A stretch of DNA of 64,000 nucleotides. Source: Nitrosopumilus sp. (lineage in GTDB: Archaea > Thermoproteota > Nitrososphaeria > Nitrososphaerales > Nitrosopumilaceae). Every line of letters begins with the position of its first letter. The first letter of the stretch is position 1. The DNA lies in NCBI GenBank assembly GCA_965214775.1, contig OZ243974.1, positions 2,368,001 to 2,432,000 of the forward strand. The letters are read 5' to 3'. Below the pieces are notes generated by a model that made no database searches, was not told the origin of the DNA, and saw nothing but the letters and a program-made list of their open reading frames with translations. Made by a program: the position numbers and the translations under genes. This document shows positions 42,572-55,100 of the stretch, piece by piece.

Positions 42572-44086
42572 ATGGCAAAAGAGTTGGATCTGCGCAATTC
42601 GAATCCCTGGTGGAGGAATCCTGCAAGTATTCTAGACGATAAAAAAATCATAGAGTGGGAAGAATCTCAGATAAAGTATGATCCAAGACTTGGGAATGCA
42701 ATTGAATATGATTTTGAGGCAGGTAATACCGTAGTTTACACCCTGCGCGGACCTCGACAGGTGGGCAAAACAACCCTGGTCAAATTACAGATCAGGGATT
42801 TTTTAGAAAAAGGAACAAACCCGTGGAATATCATGTACTATTCGCTTGATCTGGCAAATACCCCACAGGACGTAGTCGACGTGGTTGAGACCTATTTGAA
42901 AGTCAGTAGCAGGCAAAGAGGTGAAAAACGATCCTATCTGTTTTTAGACGAGGCATCATCTGTGGCAGATTGGCAAAAAGGCATCAAATGGTTGGTGGAT
43001 GGTGACAAGCTAAGGAATTGTACGGTTGTGGTAACGGGTTCACAGGCAACTAACATCCGCAATGCAGCAGAACGGCTACCGGGCCGCAGGGGGATCATAG
43101 ATGATGCCTATGACCGGGTTTTACTCCCAATGAAGTTTGCAGAATACGCATCGCTGCTAAACGAGGACGTGAGAAAACTAGTCGAAAAAAACGATTTGCT
43201 CCCATTTGGAAACAGGGAGGAAATTTTTAGAAAATTAGTTGCCGGAGAAATTGATGAAAGACTAGACAAGATAAACGCATATCAAAATGAAACAAACGAC
43301 CTGCTAATGGAATACATGATGACTGGCGGCACTCCCAGGGTAATAGATGAAAAGATGAAAACAAACACAATTCATGAAGGCATATACGCAAACTATTTGG
43401 AAGGGATTAGGGGACAATGGAGTGAACTCGGAAAAAATGAAACCATGTTAAAGCAATTTGCCGGTGCCATAATCAAAAGCATGACCGGTCATATCTCCTG
43501 GAACGGTCTTGCCAAAGAATCCGCGCTGGGAGGCGGGGGCACGGCACAGGAGTATGCATATGCCCTGTATGATCTGTCCGTACTGTCTGTAATCCACCTC
43601 TACGGGGAACAAAGGAAAATTCCCCTGATCCAAAAAGACAGAAAGTTCTATTTCCACGACCCGTTTTTTGCACACATATTCAACGGCTGGATGAGTCCGG
43701 GAGGGAATTTTGAGGCCAGCCTCCGATATCTTGAGGATGAGGCAAATCAAAGCAGGCTGATTGAGGGAATTGTTGCCGATCATCTTATCAGACTGGCCTT
43801 TTCGATGAGCAAAAAGAAGCAGACCCATGACTACTATAACCACGTTTTCTATTGGAAGGATGACAAGGGGCGTGAGGTGGACTTTGTACTTTATGACGGG
43901 GACAGGATGGAGGTTCCAATCGAGGTAAAGTTCAGAAACAAACTGAACCCAAGGGATCTGGCCCCGCTGGTGGGCTTTCTTGGCAAGACAGGCAGCAAAA
44001 AGGGATTGGTCGTTTCAAAGACTGCCTTGGATGAAAAGGCAGACTATGTTGTGGTTCCTGTCTCTGTGTTCTTGCTGCTGATTTGA
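42572..44086 (+). CDS. AAA_14 ATPase plus DUF4143 PD-(D/E)xK protein
   Basis: 'GPRQVGKTT', 'FLDE', 'VTGS', 'TGGTP', 'KFYFHDP', 'EVDFV…IEVK'. Confidence 0.92.
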   Translation: MAKELDLRNSNPWWRNPASILDDKKIIEWEESQIKYDPRLGNAIEYDFEAGNTVVYTLRGPRQVGKTTLVKLQIRDFLEKGTNPWNIMYYSLDLANTPQDVVDVVETYLKVSSRQRGEKRSYLFLDEASSVADWQKGIKWLVDGDKLRNCTVVVTGSQATNIRNAAERLPGRRGIIDDAYDRVLLPMKFAEYASLLNEDVRKLVEKNDLLPFGNREEIFRKLVAGEIDERLDKINAYQNETNDLLMEYMMTGGTPRVIDEKMKTNTIHEGIYANYLEGIRGQWSELGKNETMLKQFAGAIIKSMTGHISWNGLAKESALGGGGTAQEYAYALYDLSVLSVIHLYGEQRKIPLIQKDRKFYFHDPFFAHIFNGWMSPGGNFEASLRYLEDEANQSRLIEGIVADHLIRLAFSMSKKKQTHDYYNHVFYWKDDKGREVDFVLYDGDRMEVPIEVKFRNKLNPRDLAPLVGFLGKTGSKKGLVVSKTALDEKADYVVVPVSVFLLLI

Positions 44087-44306
44087 GCAATTTATGATGA
44101 TGACTGCTCCGGAGAGGCGACTTGAAATCAATTGTAGCACGAATTTTTCAAGTGATTTTATAGACGGTTGTATTTTGTTGGTGTTTTGAGATGTTTTACA
44201 CAAATTCGTTCATGCACACACGATCATTTGTCAACTTTAAACCAACACTCTTGGAAAACGACAGATCCTTTGAAGGATAAATTGCCGCCTTTACGACATC
44301 ACGTGC

Positions 44307-44501
44307 CTATATGCCTGTCAGTGAAAAGATCATGCTTGTCACGATGCCGATTCCTATCAGGGCGATTCCAAGATAGAGGCAGTTTTTGGCCTTTCTGGGG
44401 TCGTCATGCCGCAGAACAAAATACGCGATCAGCCCGCCGCACACATTCATGAATATCGGCAAAAGAAACCACATGTTGCTCCTTTGCTTTTCGGAATACA
44501 T
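44307..44501 (-). CDS. Small two-TM membrane protein
   Basis: 'WFLLPIF…GGLIAYFVLRHDDPRKAKNCL'. Confidence 0.7.
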   Translation of the reverse strand: MYSEKQRSNMWFLLPIFMNVCGGLIAYFVLRHDDPRKAKNCLYLGIALIGIGIVTSMIFSLTGI

Positions 44502-45002
44502 GGGAATGGTTTGTCCCGTATGCTCTTTAACCTTTAGGTGAAGTTGATTTGATGATCCTGTCAGCTCCGAGCAACTGCAGGTTTTGTGGAATCAGTTGTT
44601 CTCTTGAGAAATGAGATGGATTTGGCCGACTCGGGGATGCGCGTGGGTTGCTGGTTTACGGCTTGGTTCGGGCAGGCAGAGTGGGTGCTGAGGGGGAAAG
44701 GATGATCCGAAATCAGGAACCGTGCAAGCCGTTGTCCTGGTTTTTCTGTAAATTTGTCAGGCAGTTTGCCACAGGTGACTTTGCGTTTTGGTTTTTTGTT
44801 TGATGCAGATCCGTTTATGGGCGATGACCGAACTTGGTATCTTTGAATCAACCTGGGGGTTTTTGCAGTGTATCACAAAGGAGGCTGGTCTGCCTGTCAA
44901 TGAACGCAAAAGGCGACACCGGCGTTGCTGTGCCCGGTATGGAACCGGGTTTGATTGCCTGTCTTGGTTCTAGACGTCTTTCTTCCATTCATCTGAACCG
45001 CA

Positions 45003-45893
45003 TCAGTTGGGTTTTGGCATGCAACATTTTTTGTATTTTTTCCCAGACCCGCAAGGACACGGATCATTTCTGCCCGGTTTTTTGTTGTATGGGATGTCAT
45101 CATCATCATCATCATCCTCCTCATCATCATATATGCTGTCTCTTTGATTGGTGATTTTGTGCTCAACTGTGCCAAAGATCTCAAATGGATCCATTGAGAC
45201 GCATTTTGCTGCTACCATGTCTGATTTGTCTTCGTACGTTTTGATCACGTCCCCCTGATCGAAGAATTCATTTGTGACAAACCCTCTTTCAAGCGAGTCT
45301 GTAATATACTCTGATACGTCTGGGTCCCTCAGATCAACCAGGGAGTCCATCAGAAAGGTCCTATCGCCTATGTCCTGCTCTATTTGTACCGCATCACGTA
45401 TCGTTTTGATGATTTTTTGCTTTTCTTGCGGGTGTTCTAACGCGATTATGACCAGCGCGCTGGCAGCACAATATCTTGAGAATATGCTGGCAGAGGACAG
45501 CGACACCACATGGCAGAGAGAATCCACTGTCTTTGGCCCCATGTATGCCAAGACGTTGTGAATCTGCTCGCCAATACTGCTATCAGACATCATGTCAGGA
45601 TACTGAACAAGCGCCGAGTTTATTGCAGTCTGTGCCCTCTTTGTGCCAATTTTTGCAAGCATGTATAATGCATATACCGGAACCAACGGCGCGTAGGTTT
45701 CATTGGTGTTGTCATGGTATTTTTGATACGTCAGCATCTCTGCCAGCATCTCAAATGATCTTTCGTCTTTTACTATGATCTCAAGGATCCACTCCTGGGT
45801 GATTGTGCCGTGAAGCTTTAGGTGGTCTATTGCCTCTTCCAAGTCCAATACAGAAGGATGATGTTGCAACACTATTATTGGTTTTGATATTGA
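45003..45893 (-). CDS. HEAT-like plus SEC-C protein, 5' end cut by an IS
   Basis: 'PGRNDPCPCGSGKKYKKCC'; paralog of 39511-40392; original start replaced by the IS5 end. Confidence 0.75.
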   Translation of the reverse strand, partial: SISKPIIVLQHHPSVLDLEEAIDHLKLHGTITQEWILEIIVKDERSFEMLAEMLTYQKYHDNTNETYAPLVPVYALYMLAKIGTKRAQTAINSALVQYPDMMSDSSIGEQIHNVLAYMGPKTVDSLCHVVSLSSASIFSRYCAASALVIIALEHPQEKQKIIKTIRDAVQIEQDIGDRTFLMDSLVDLRDPDVSEYITDSLERGFVTNEFFDQGDVIKTYEDKSDMVAAKCVSMDPFEIFGTVEHKITNQRDSIYDDEEDDDDDDDIPYNKKPGRNDPCPCGSGKKYKKCCMPKPN

Positions 45894-47133
45894 TAGTTTG
45901 TTGCATAACCCTTCCTAAAATTTGAAATCTGACTGAAAATCACCGGAATGATCAACTAATCCTTGCCGAAAAAGTAATGGATCATGAGGATGCCTCGTAT
46001 GGTATACATTGGCACACACGGATAATGCAAAGTACGTAGAGAGAGGGGCAGGCCTGGTCGTCAAGTACGACCCCGGCTGGGAGAAGGATCTCAAGGCTGC
46101 CAACCGCCACAAGGAAGGCGCCCCGTTCCTGTATGCAGAAGGCATGATAATGGCCGCAGCCGCCCTCAGGACCGCATTCATGCTAAAGTACAGGCAGCTG
46201 TCAGGCATGCTCGGGGAGATGCTAAAGGGTGCGGACTCGCCGTGTTACACCACGATATTCAGAAGGATACAGAAGCTTGACGTAGATATTGCAGAGAACA
46301 TAATTACGGTGCGCGACAAGTCCTGTAACCTGGTCATGATAGCTGACGCCACGGGCCTCAAGCAGCACAACCGGGGCGAGTGGATATGCAAGAAATGAAA
46401 GGTAAGGTGCGGATTCGTCAAGATGCACCTGATGGTCGATGCAGACACCAAGCAGGTGCTTGCAGTATCTGTCACAAGTGATGCAGTCGGCGACAGCACG
46501 GAACTGCCGGCACTGCTTGAGGAGGCGGCCAAGAACATCAAGGAAGAGGAGGAGCAGCAGCAGGAACGCACCGACGGCGCAGATGCAGTCAAGATTTCCA
46601 ACATGCTTGCAGACGGGATCTCACCGATTACCCTGCTTGACACCGGCGCGAATCCAGATACACCGGGAAAGATCCTGCTTGCAGACGGCGCATACGGCTC
46701 GAGGAAGAACGTGGCCGAGTGCCACAAGCGCGGTATAAAACCACTCATACGGCTTTTGACAAGCTGTACTGCAAAGGGCAAGGGCACCGGCGACAAGTGG
46801 GGCATGCTTGTACGATGGCAGCTCGGGGGCGGCCCCGAGGTGCCTGTGGGTGATCTCTCAAAGGAGGAAAGACAGGAGAACCTGCGGTACTGGAAGAGCA
46901 CGGTCGGCTTTGGCAGCAGATGGATCGTCGAGATCGTGATATCGGCCATAAAGCGCATGTTTGGCGAGTGCGTAATGGCCCTCAAGTGATCCAATATAGT
47001 GCAGGAGGTAAAGCTGAGGATATGGCTGTATAACAAGTGGATTGCAGAGGCGGTGGCTACCGTGTAGGAACCGGGTGCCGGTCATGATCCGGGCGGACTG
47101 ACTTGGCTCTAGTCGGAGTTATGCAACAAACTA
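45894..47133 (+). mobile_element. IS5-family (IS903-like) element, transposase with in-frame stops
   Basis: TIR TAGTTTGTTGCATAAC; 'DATGLK…GEW', 'ADGAY', 'RWIVE…K'; TGA at 46396 and 46987. Confidence 0.88.
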
Positions 47134-47243
47134 GCATGGCCGGCTAGGCCCTCAAATTTTCAAAGGCTGCCTCCCCGGCCCTCCATCGATCCCAGAAGCG
47201 CCGCATAAACGTTTACAAGCGGAGGCGATCCTATACCTGCACG

Positions 47244-47660
47244 TTGAGTGTCAGCTTCAAGTACGAGAACAGGCTGTCCCGGTATGTCCTTGATAGCGAG
47301 GGCGGATACAGGCATGAGACGGTGACCGTCGGCGAGAATGCAGTGCCCGGCAGGGGAGAGATCATAGTCGACGTGTACGAGCCGGATCCCGGCAGGCGGA
47401 GGAGTCTGAGGCGTTTCCTGAGCAGCCGTATCATCCTGGGGGACCTGTATATGGAGGAGATGTACTGCGAGACGCTGGCGTGGAATGACAGGAAGGGGTC
47501 AAAACGAAGCGTGGGGGCGCTGTTTGAGCTGTACCATGGAAGCACGATGTCTGAAGGGAGAATGTACAAGCTGGCCGCGGCGTTTAAATCGGTGAGGGAG
47601 CAACGCCGCAGAAGCGGGGTCTCCGGGCATCGGCGCGTCGAGTGTGAGGCAGACCAGTAG
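47244..47660 (+). CDS. Hypothetical protein (GC-rich)
   Basis: 138-aa ORF with plausible codon usage. Confidence 0.45.
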   Translation: MSVSFKYENRLSRYVLDSEGGYRHETVTVGENAVPGRGEIIVDVYEPDPGRRRSLRRFLSSRIILGDLYMEEMYCETLAWNDRKGSKRSVGALFELYHGSTMSEGRMYKLAAAFKSVREQRRRSGVSGHRRVECEADQ

Positions 47661-48032
47661 GCGGAAGTACAAGACCCCCCGAAGCCACCCAGACCCTGCC
47701 GCGGACCGGCAAATCCGCATTCTGCACAATTTCTTCTGGATGCGGTGACAAGCGCTCCTGCGACCAGTCCCCCACATGCCAGCAGCTCGGGCTCGAGGCC
47801 ATCCATGATCCTGGGTATGGATGACGGCCGGCCGTACCTCACATGATCCGCATGAGCGGATCCGCCCGCCGCCGATGGCCTGATTCATGGGATTCATGCC
47901 AGAAGGGAGCCTGTCTCGGATTCACAGGGGGAGTCTGCCGGGCTGCACGGATCCGATGATCGGGGGCATGGCCAGGTGCATGCTGCCCGGGTCTAGGCGG
48001 CCGCGCCGGGCCGTCTTGCCCGGCATCCCCGC

Positions 48033-48704
48033 TCAGGAATGGCCCAGATCTGGGTGTATCTGGTTTAGCTCGTCCCGGTATCGGGGGTCTATCAAATCCC
48101 AATTGCTGTTGAGAAAGGTCAGGCACACGGGTTCTGCCATCCAGCTGCCGCTGATGTTGTCGTTCTCAAGAAACGCAGCGGCGACGTCATTGATCTGCTT
48201 TGGGGAGAATGCGGTGTGTTCAAACAGCACATAGGCTGCCGCGCCGGCGTCTTCAGCCGAGTCGGTGCAGCGCATCTCCTCTATCAGCATGTCGATCGCT
48301 TTTCGATCCTCGTCATGAATCGATCTCATGGCCCGTGCAAGCATCGACACCTCATCCGGATCAATCCCCGGATCAATTTTCTGCGAGTCCCCAAACCCGA
48401 ACATAAAGCCATAGGGCGTGACATGATCAAGGCTGACCGGAAATATCTTCCTGTCGTACGCTATGGCGATTCCGACCTCGTGATCCGTAAAGTCCGAGTT
48501 TTTAAAGTTCTCAGACAGCAGCGCCACGAACAGGGAGCACTTTTCGATTAGATCCTTTATATCGTCCTCCCAATCCTTCTTGAGCGCCAAATCATCGCCT
48601 GCTCCAAACACGTCAAAACCCTGCCCTGTCAGCATCTCTTCCAGGCGCCTGGCAGCAGTCCGGTCCTCTGCTGCATGACTCAGAAAGATCTGGATGCGCT
48701 CCAT
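48033..48704 (-). CDS. TIR-domain protein
   Basis: 'IFLSHA.ED', 'W…I…I…FVALLSENF..S…HEVG.A', 'IFPV'. Confidence 0.88.
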   Translation of the reverse strand: MERIQIFLSHAAEDRTAARRLEEMLTGQGFDVFGAGDDLALKKDWEDDIKDLIEKCSLFVALLSENFKNSDFTDHEVGIAIAYDRKIFPVSLDHVTPYGFMFGFGDSQKIDPGIDPDEVSMLARAMRSIHDEDRKAIDMLIEEMRCTDSAEDAGAAAYVLFEHTAFSPKQINDVAAAFLENDNISGSWMAEPVCLTFLNSNWDLIDPRYRDELNQIHPDLGHS

Positions 48705-48769
48705 GTTGATATGGCTGGGAAGTCCGGATTTTTAACGCTTGTGATGCGCATGTGGGGCCACGCCCCCTG

Positions 48770-49928
48770 AGAGTTGATTCGAAATTAGCAAATTTTGATC
48801 AAATGGGCACATATTGTACACCAACCCGATCCAAATGCAGGCAAAATGTACATAATTCATGAAGTTGTTTGATAAATTATCAAAAAACCCCCGGACATTC
48901 AGGATGTTTGCCGGCATGACTGCCCCCGAATTTGATTTGTTGTATGCAAAGGTGGCAAAAAAACACCCAAAGATGGACAGAAAGAGGCTGCTTTCTGCCA
49001 AAAAAGACCGCAAGCGTGACATCGGTGCAGGACGCCCGACTGCCCTGAACCTAAAGGAGAGTCTTCTGCTGTCCCTGTTCTACTACAGGACGTACGTCAC
49101 GCAGGACGTGGCATCTGCCATGTTCGGCATTGGACAGGCATCAGTCTCGCGCACAATTGACAGGATTGCGCCGGTTCTCAAGCAGTGCCTGTCGATCCCC
49201 GAAAAGATCTATTCGGGCACCAAGAGAATATCCTCAGTAGAGGAGCTAATGGACGTACTTCCAGAACTTGTCTGCCTGACAGATGCCTCAGAGCAAAAGA
49301 TATGCAGGCCCAAGAGAAAGGACATGGAGAGATCGCACTATTCAGGCAAGGCAGGCACGCACACAGTCAAGGTCCAGTATACCACCAACATTCACGGACT
49401 CATAGTGCACAAGACGCCCCACTCTCCGGGACGCGTAAACGACATCACAATGTACCAGATGAGGCATCCCACGTTCCGGTACGACCAAAGAAAGGAGAAA
49501 GAGAAAGAGAAAAAGTGTCCCGGCGGCGGCGGGGATGGTGATGCGCCGCAACAACAACAAAAGAGCACAAAGCTGCGTCACTACATGGACCGCGGATACC
49601 AGGGAGCACAGTCAGTGGATGCAGGCACGGACGTCATACTCCCAATCAAGAAAAAACCGGGCGGCAAGCTCACTGATGCGGAAAAAGAGTACAATATCAC
49701 GCACTCAAAGATACGCGTGTACGTGGAGAACACCATACGCAGGGTCAAAACATACAGAATAATGGGCGACCGGTACCGAAACCCACTCAAAAAGTACGAC
49801 CTTGCCAACAGTATCGTGTGCGGACTGGTCAACGATAGGGCGTTGGCCAGAATCGCTGCTGCGGCCTGAGTGGCGGCAGCAGAACGGCTGCGGACGGGGC
49901 ACTCGATTTCTAATTTCGGATCACCTCT
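48770..49928 (+). mobile_element. IS5-family (ISL2-like) element, intact transposase 48859-49869
   Basis: 'DASEQ', 'YSGK', 'DRGYQG', 'RVYVENTI'; TIRs; flanked by CTG. Confidence 0.92.
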
Positions 49929-49996
49929 CTGAGAGTTGATTCGAAATTAGCAGACTCTGATTATTTGTGAACGAATTTGCATAAAGCAGCTCAAAA

Positions 49997-52101
49997 GTAC
50001 AACTTCAGATCCTTTTTATACTGACTAGGGAACTTTTTGCCCGGAACTTTTTGATCCTTCCGCATCTGCTGTGACAGACCCGCTACATCACACCACACGT
50101 CCCTTGTATATGCAAGACCGGCAGCGCGCAGACAACAGATTATTGGCAGACAACAGATTATTGGCAGACGGCACCTGCAGGAAACCAGCATTGTCAGATT
50201 TGCCTGGCGTTGTTGACTGGCAGACTTGCCTGCACAGTCGGATTCTTTGACATGAAGCTACGGGTTACGCCGTCCCGTAGACGCCAGACGGATCATGTTG
50301 TTGTAGGAGCTGCTGCTGCTGGTACGACGGCCGTCCGGTTCCGGCGTACCGCTCCTCTGCTGCTGCCTGCGTCATCATCGACTACAGGCCGCCACACCGG
50401 CGGCGGCCCGGGACACTCAAAGACGCTGTATCTTGTACCGTCCGTATTGACAAGCAAGGACAGCAGGCGCGCATCATTATCATCATCTCTTGCATCTGCA
50501 AAGATATCCCAGACCGGATTCCGCAGGTATTTCAAGAGTCCGCCGGCAGGATGTATATTCTGCTTGCGACATGTCATCGAGAACGTCAGCAGCGCAGAAG
50601 CCGTCTTTCTTCCCCCGTCAGTTACGATCTTGTGGCGTGCATTGCGTTGTGGTATGATCCCGTCGCGTATGCACCGCTCCGTATCGTTGTTGTGCAGCGG
50701 CATTCCCCGATGCGCCAGACACGTAAACATGTTGGGCATGGCGTTTAGCAGGTGTGTACGCACGTGAACGTCCTCATACGGGTTGATTATTTTGTATACT
50801 TCCCTGGAAAGATCCATGTATGTAAGCGGCGCAAGCGTCTTGATTTTATCTATCTTCCTGTAGAATTCCAGCAGCAAGTCATACCTTTTCTCATCATCGC
50901 CTTCGGGCATCTTTACTGCAAGCTTTTCTGCATACGCCAGAAGGTGCCTCCAACACCTCTGGATTATATCAAAGAACAGCTTGTACTGGGCCAGTTCGTC
51001 TACGACTATGGGAGTCTTGGGATCCAGCCATCCAAAGTGCGTGTGCAGTACCTCGGAGGACCGGGAATCTGCAAAGACCACAAAGCACGCCCCCTCGCAG
51101 TTGAGCACCCAGACGTACCCCGTGTGCCCGTCGCCGCGCTTAAAGCCGGTCTCGTCCATCTGTATCCACGGCCTGCCCGCAATGAATGACTGTATGCGTT
51201 GTATCATGTTTTGTTGAATCGCCTCTGCCACTGTGTGCCGGGCGGCAGTCACGGTATTTGGGGCCATCCTGAATCCAAACATATACTGAAAGTACTCTGC
51301 AATGTCCTCGTCTGTGTTTCCCTTCTCAAAGAACATCATGATTAGAGAGAGTGAGACGGGCCCAAGTGACGTGCCGCTTAGAAACGGGGTGGCCGCTACA
51401 TGCACGGTATTGCACTGTGGACACACCGCGTTTTGGATGATGGCATTGGCAGTGAGCATGCGCATAAAACCGTCCAGGTCGTTGACAAGCTTGTGGATCG
51501 GCTTGAGCATCCGTAACTGGATGTTGCACCTTGGGCATATTTTGGAGCCAAGATCGTACCTTAATGTCATGGATGGCCGGTTGCCGTGCGATGTACCATG
51601 GTGTCCGCACGGAGGGCCGCGTTTCTTGCCCCGAGCAGCATCGCCTGGACTGCCGCCGGGATCCTCGCCCCTTTTCTCCCTGAACTTTCTTCTGGCATCA
51701 TTGTGTAATGACGGCGTGGACGTGGGCATGTTGGGACTCTCGTACAGGGCAAGCCTTGCCCGGAGCTCGGAGTTCTCCTCTTTGATGTCGGAGTTCTCCT
51801 TTTCCAGCTCGGAGATCTTCTCATCCCGCTCCTTGATCATGACAAGTGCCTTTGCAAGATCCATATGGTGTGCAGGCGTAGATTTGGAGTCCATGTGTTA
51901 CATCAAACAGGCATGATCAAAAAAGATTTCCATCGAAATTCTTTGACTAGGATGCCGATAATGGATCACCCCAGCAAATTCCAATCCTGCAATGACTGGT
52001 CACAAATGTCTGATGTTCAGCCATGTTCGCAGGGGCATCTGATCATAAGATGCTGCCCAAAAATGTTTGACTGTCAGTATAAAAAGGACCTGAAGTTGTA
52101 C
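49997..52101 (-). mobile_element. IS66-family single-ORF element, transposase 50293-51894
   Basis: 29-bp TIR GTACAACTTCAG(A/G)TCCTTTTTATACTGAC; 'MDETG', 'QRCWRHL', 'HNNDTERCIR'; no TSD. Confidence 0.92.
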
Positions 52102-52113
52102 CTTAAGTCCATA

Positions 52114-55100
52114 GTTTCAATCCTTGTTATGATGGATTAGTCATTACGACTTGTAGGGCGGCGCTAAAACTATCAAAGTCCATAGTTTCAATCCTTGTTA
52201 TGATGGATTAGTCATTACGACTACCTTTTTTCTTAGTATGAATTACTACGTTCACCGTTTCAATCCTTGTTATAATGGATTAGTCATTACGACCGTTTTT
52301 GGATCTGTTTGAAGGTGCATATTACGGGTTTCAATCCTTGTTATGATGGATTAGTCATTACGACGGCTGAACCATGATGTTATGCCTTCACGGTTAGAAG
52401 TTTCAATCCTTGTTATGATGGATTAGTCATTACGACAAAGAGATGGAAGGCAAGGACATACCAGCAATGGAGTTTCAATCCTTGTTATGATGGATTAGTC
52501 ATTACGACTAGCCCAAACCCAAATATCCCCGGAGGCTTTTTTGGTTTCAATCCTTGTTATGATGGATTAGTCATTACGACATTCCGGAGGCAGTTACAGA
52601 TCAGTGGGTAAAAAAGTTTCAATCCTTGTTATGATGGATTAGTCATTACGACAAACTTACAAGGTAACCCATGTGACAACGCATGAAAGTTTCAATCCTT
52701 GTTATGATGGATTAGTCATTACGACCTTCTGGAATTGTTCTAATTCCATTTTGTTGATAGTTTCAATCCTTGTTATGATGGATTAGTCATTACGACGGAA
52801 AAGCTGAAACTATTATCAGAAAAGGATAGACGTTTCAATCCTTGTTATGATGGATTAGTCATTACGACCTAACCTAGACATTTTTGGTGAGGAAATCGAG
52901 ACTGTTTCAATCCTTGTTATGATGGATTAGTCATTACGACTCGATATGACATTGACCACAATTAGGACAGTTATCCAGTTTCAATCCTTGTTATGATGGA
53001 TTAGTCATTACGACATTAGAAAAGAGTTTGAATTTCAAACTGTATTTTCCGTTTCAATCCTTGTTATGATGGATTAGTCATTACGACGTGTTTTTTCATA
53101 GTCGTTATATTCTAGTCTTAAGTTTCAATCCTTGTTATGATGGATTAGTCATTACGACAAACCAATATACCCAGAGGTATCAATCTGGTCTAAGTTTCAA
53201 TCCTTGTTATGATGGATTAGTCATTACGACATGCTCTGCAAATTTGCAGAGTTTTGCAACAACGGGTTTCAATCCTTGTTATGATGGATTAGTCATTACG
53301 ACTATCAAACAGTAAAAGCAAATAGGGCCATTTTGCTGTTTCAATCCTTGTTATGATGGATTAGTCATTACGACTTCGATCTGTGCTTTGCATTTCTCAA
53401 GTTGTTTTCCCAGTTTCAATCCTTGTTATGATGGATTAGTCATTACGACTGTTTTATGGTATTAAAATAGGCTGGCGGTTCCGCCGTTTCAATCCTTGTT
53501 ATGATGGATTAGTCATTACGACTGATTTTTGTTTTTTGAATCCGCCCTACTCACATTGTTTCAATCCTTGTTATGATGGATTAGTCATTACGACCTAACC
53601 ATAGACAACAACACGGACACGGCCCATCCGTTTCAATCCTTGTTATGATGGATTAGTCATTACGACCCGATAAGATTCAGACTTTTCAACTTGATGCTGA
53701 GGTTTCAATCCTTGTTATGATGGATTAGTCATTACGACTCGATGCAGCTCCTCGGCCTCTTGCTTTGTTGAGCGGTTTCAATCCTTGTTATGATGGATTA
53801 GTCATTACGACCAGCATTTCGGTTTTTCCAGTCCCCGCCGGGCCGCGTTTCAATCCTTGTTATGATGGATTAGTCATTACGACAATGGACACGCCGCAAC
53901 ATTGAAGGCTTTCTTGACTTGTTTCAATCCTTGTTATGATGGATTAGTCATTACGACAAGTCATCAGAATCGTGGCCTTTGGACTGGGAATGTTTCAATC
54001 CTTGTTATGATGGATTAGTCATTACGACTCACTTAGCATTCGGTGTATGGTTCTTAGACTAACTTTGGTTTCAATCCTTGTTATGATGGATTAGTCATTA
54101 CGACTGGCTTGTGGCCATATTCCTTGGTTAATGCATGAAAAGTTTCAATCCTTGTTATGATGGATTAGTCATTACGACCAGCCAAAAAAGAAGAATCTGA
54201 ATAATGCCCGAGCGTTTCAATCCTTGTTATGATGGATTAGTCATTACGACTTGCTCATGTCTAGTTATTCTCATGTACGTTATAGTTTCAATCCTTGTTA
54301 TGATGGATTAGTCATTACGACCGTTGCAATCCGGAAATATGACTTTGCCGAAATTGAGTTTCAATCCTTGTTATGATGGATTAGTCATTACGACGGTACA
54401 ACACTGTCTTCAATGTCGGGTATCGTATCGTTTCAATCCTTGTTATGATGGATTAGTCATTACGACATTAAATACCTGAAATGCAAACAATGTTCCTTGT
54501 AAAGTTTCAATCCTTGTTATGATGGATTAGTCATTACGACTGCTTTTTTCTGCTATTTCTTTTAGCAGTGTTCTTCGTTTCAATCCTTGTTATGATGGAT
54601 TAGTCATTACGACCTTTGACACAGACGCCGAGATCGTACAAGAAGTAAAGTTTCAATCCTTGTTATGATGGATTAGTCATTACGACTCCAGTTCTTCTTG
54701 TGAAGGGTTGAACATTTTTGGTTTCAATCCTTGTTATGATGGATTAGTCATTACGACGGGGATGGACATGACGGCGACCTGACCGTATCGGGTTTCAATC
54801 CTTGTTATGATGGATTAGTCATTACGACGGGAACGGAAGCGCAACGATGCCGAGCTGTATTTCCCGTTTCAATCCTTGTTATGATGGATTAGTCATTACG
54901 ACTCAAACTATCTGAAGAAAACAATTCCGTACAAGATTGTTTCAATCCTTGTTATGATGGATTAGTCATTACGACATTCGTTGGTCACGATATACGTTTA
55001 CTAGTCGTTCGTTTCAATCCTTGTTATGATGGATTAGTCATTACGACTCACTGATATTGTAACACATGTGTTACGTGACAAGTTTCAATCCTTGTTATGA

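Noticed and set aside
46396-46989. Two in-frame TGA at apparent Trp positions, suggesting recoding
   Set aside because: TGA is a normal stop in many intact genes here; TGG-to-TGA decay is simpler
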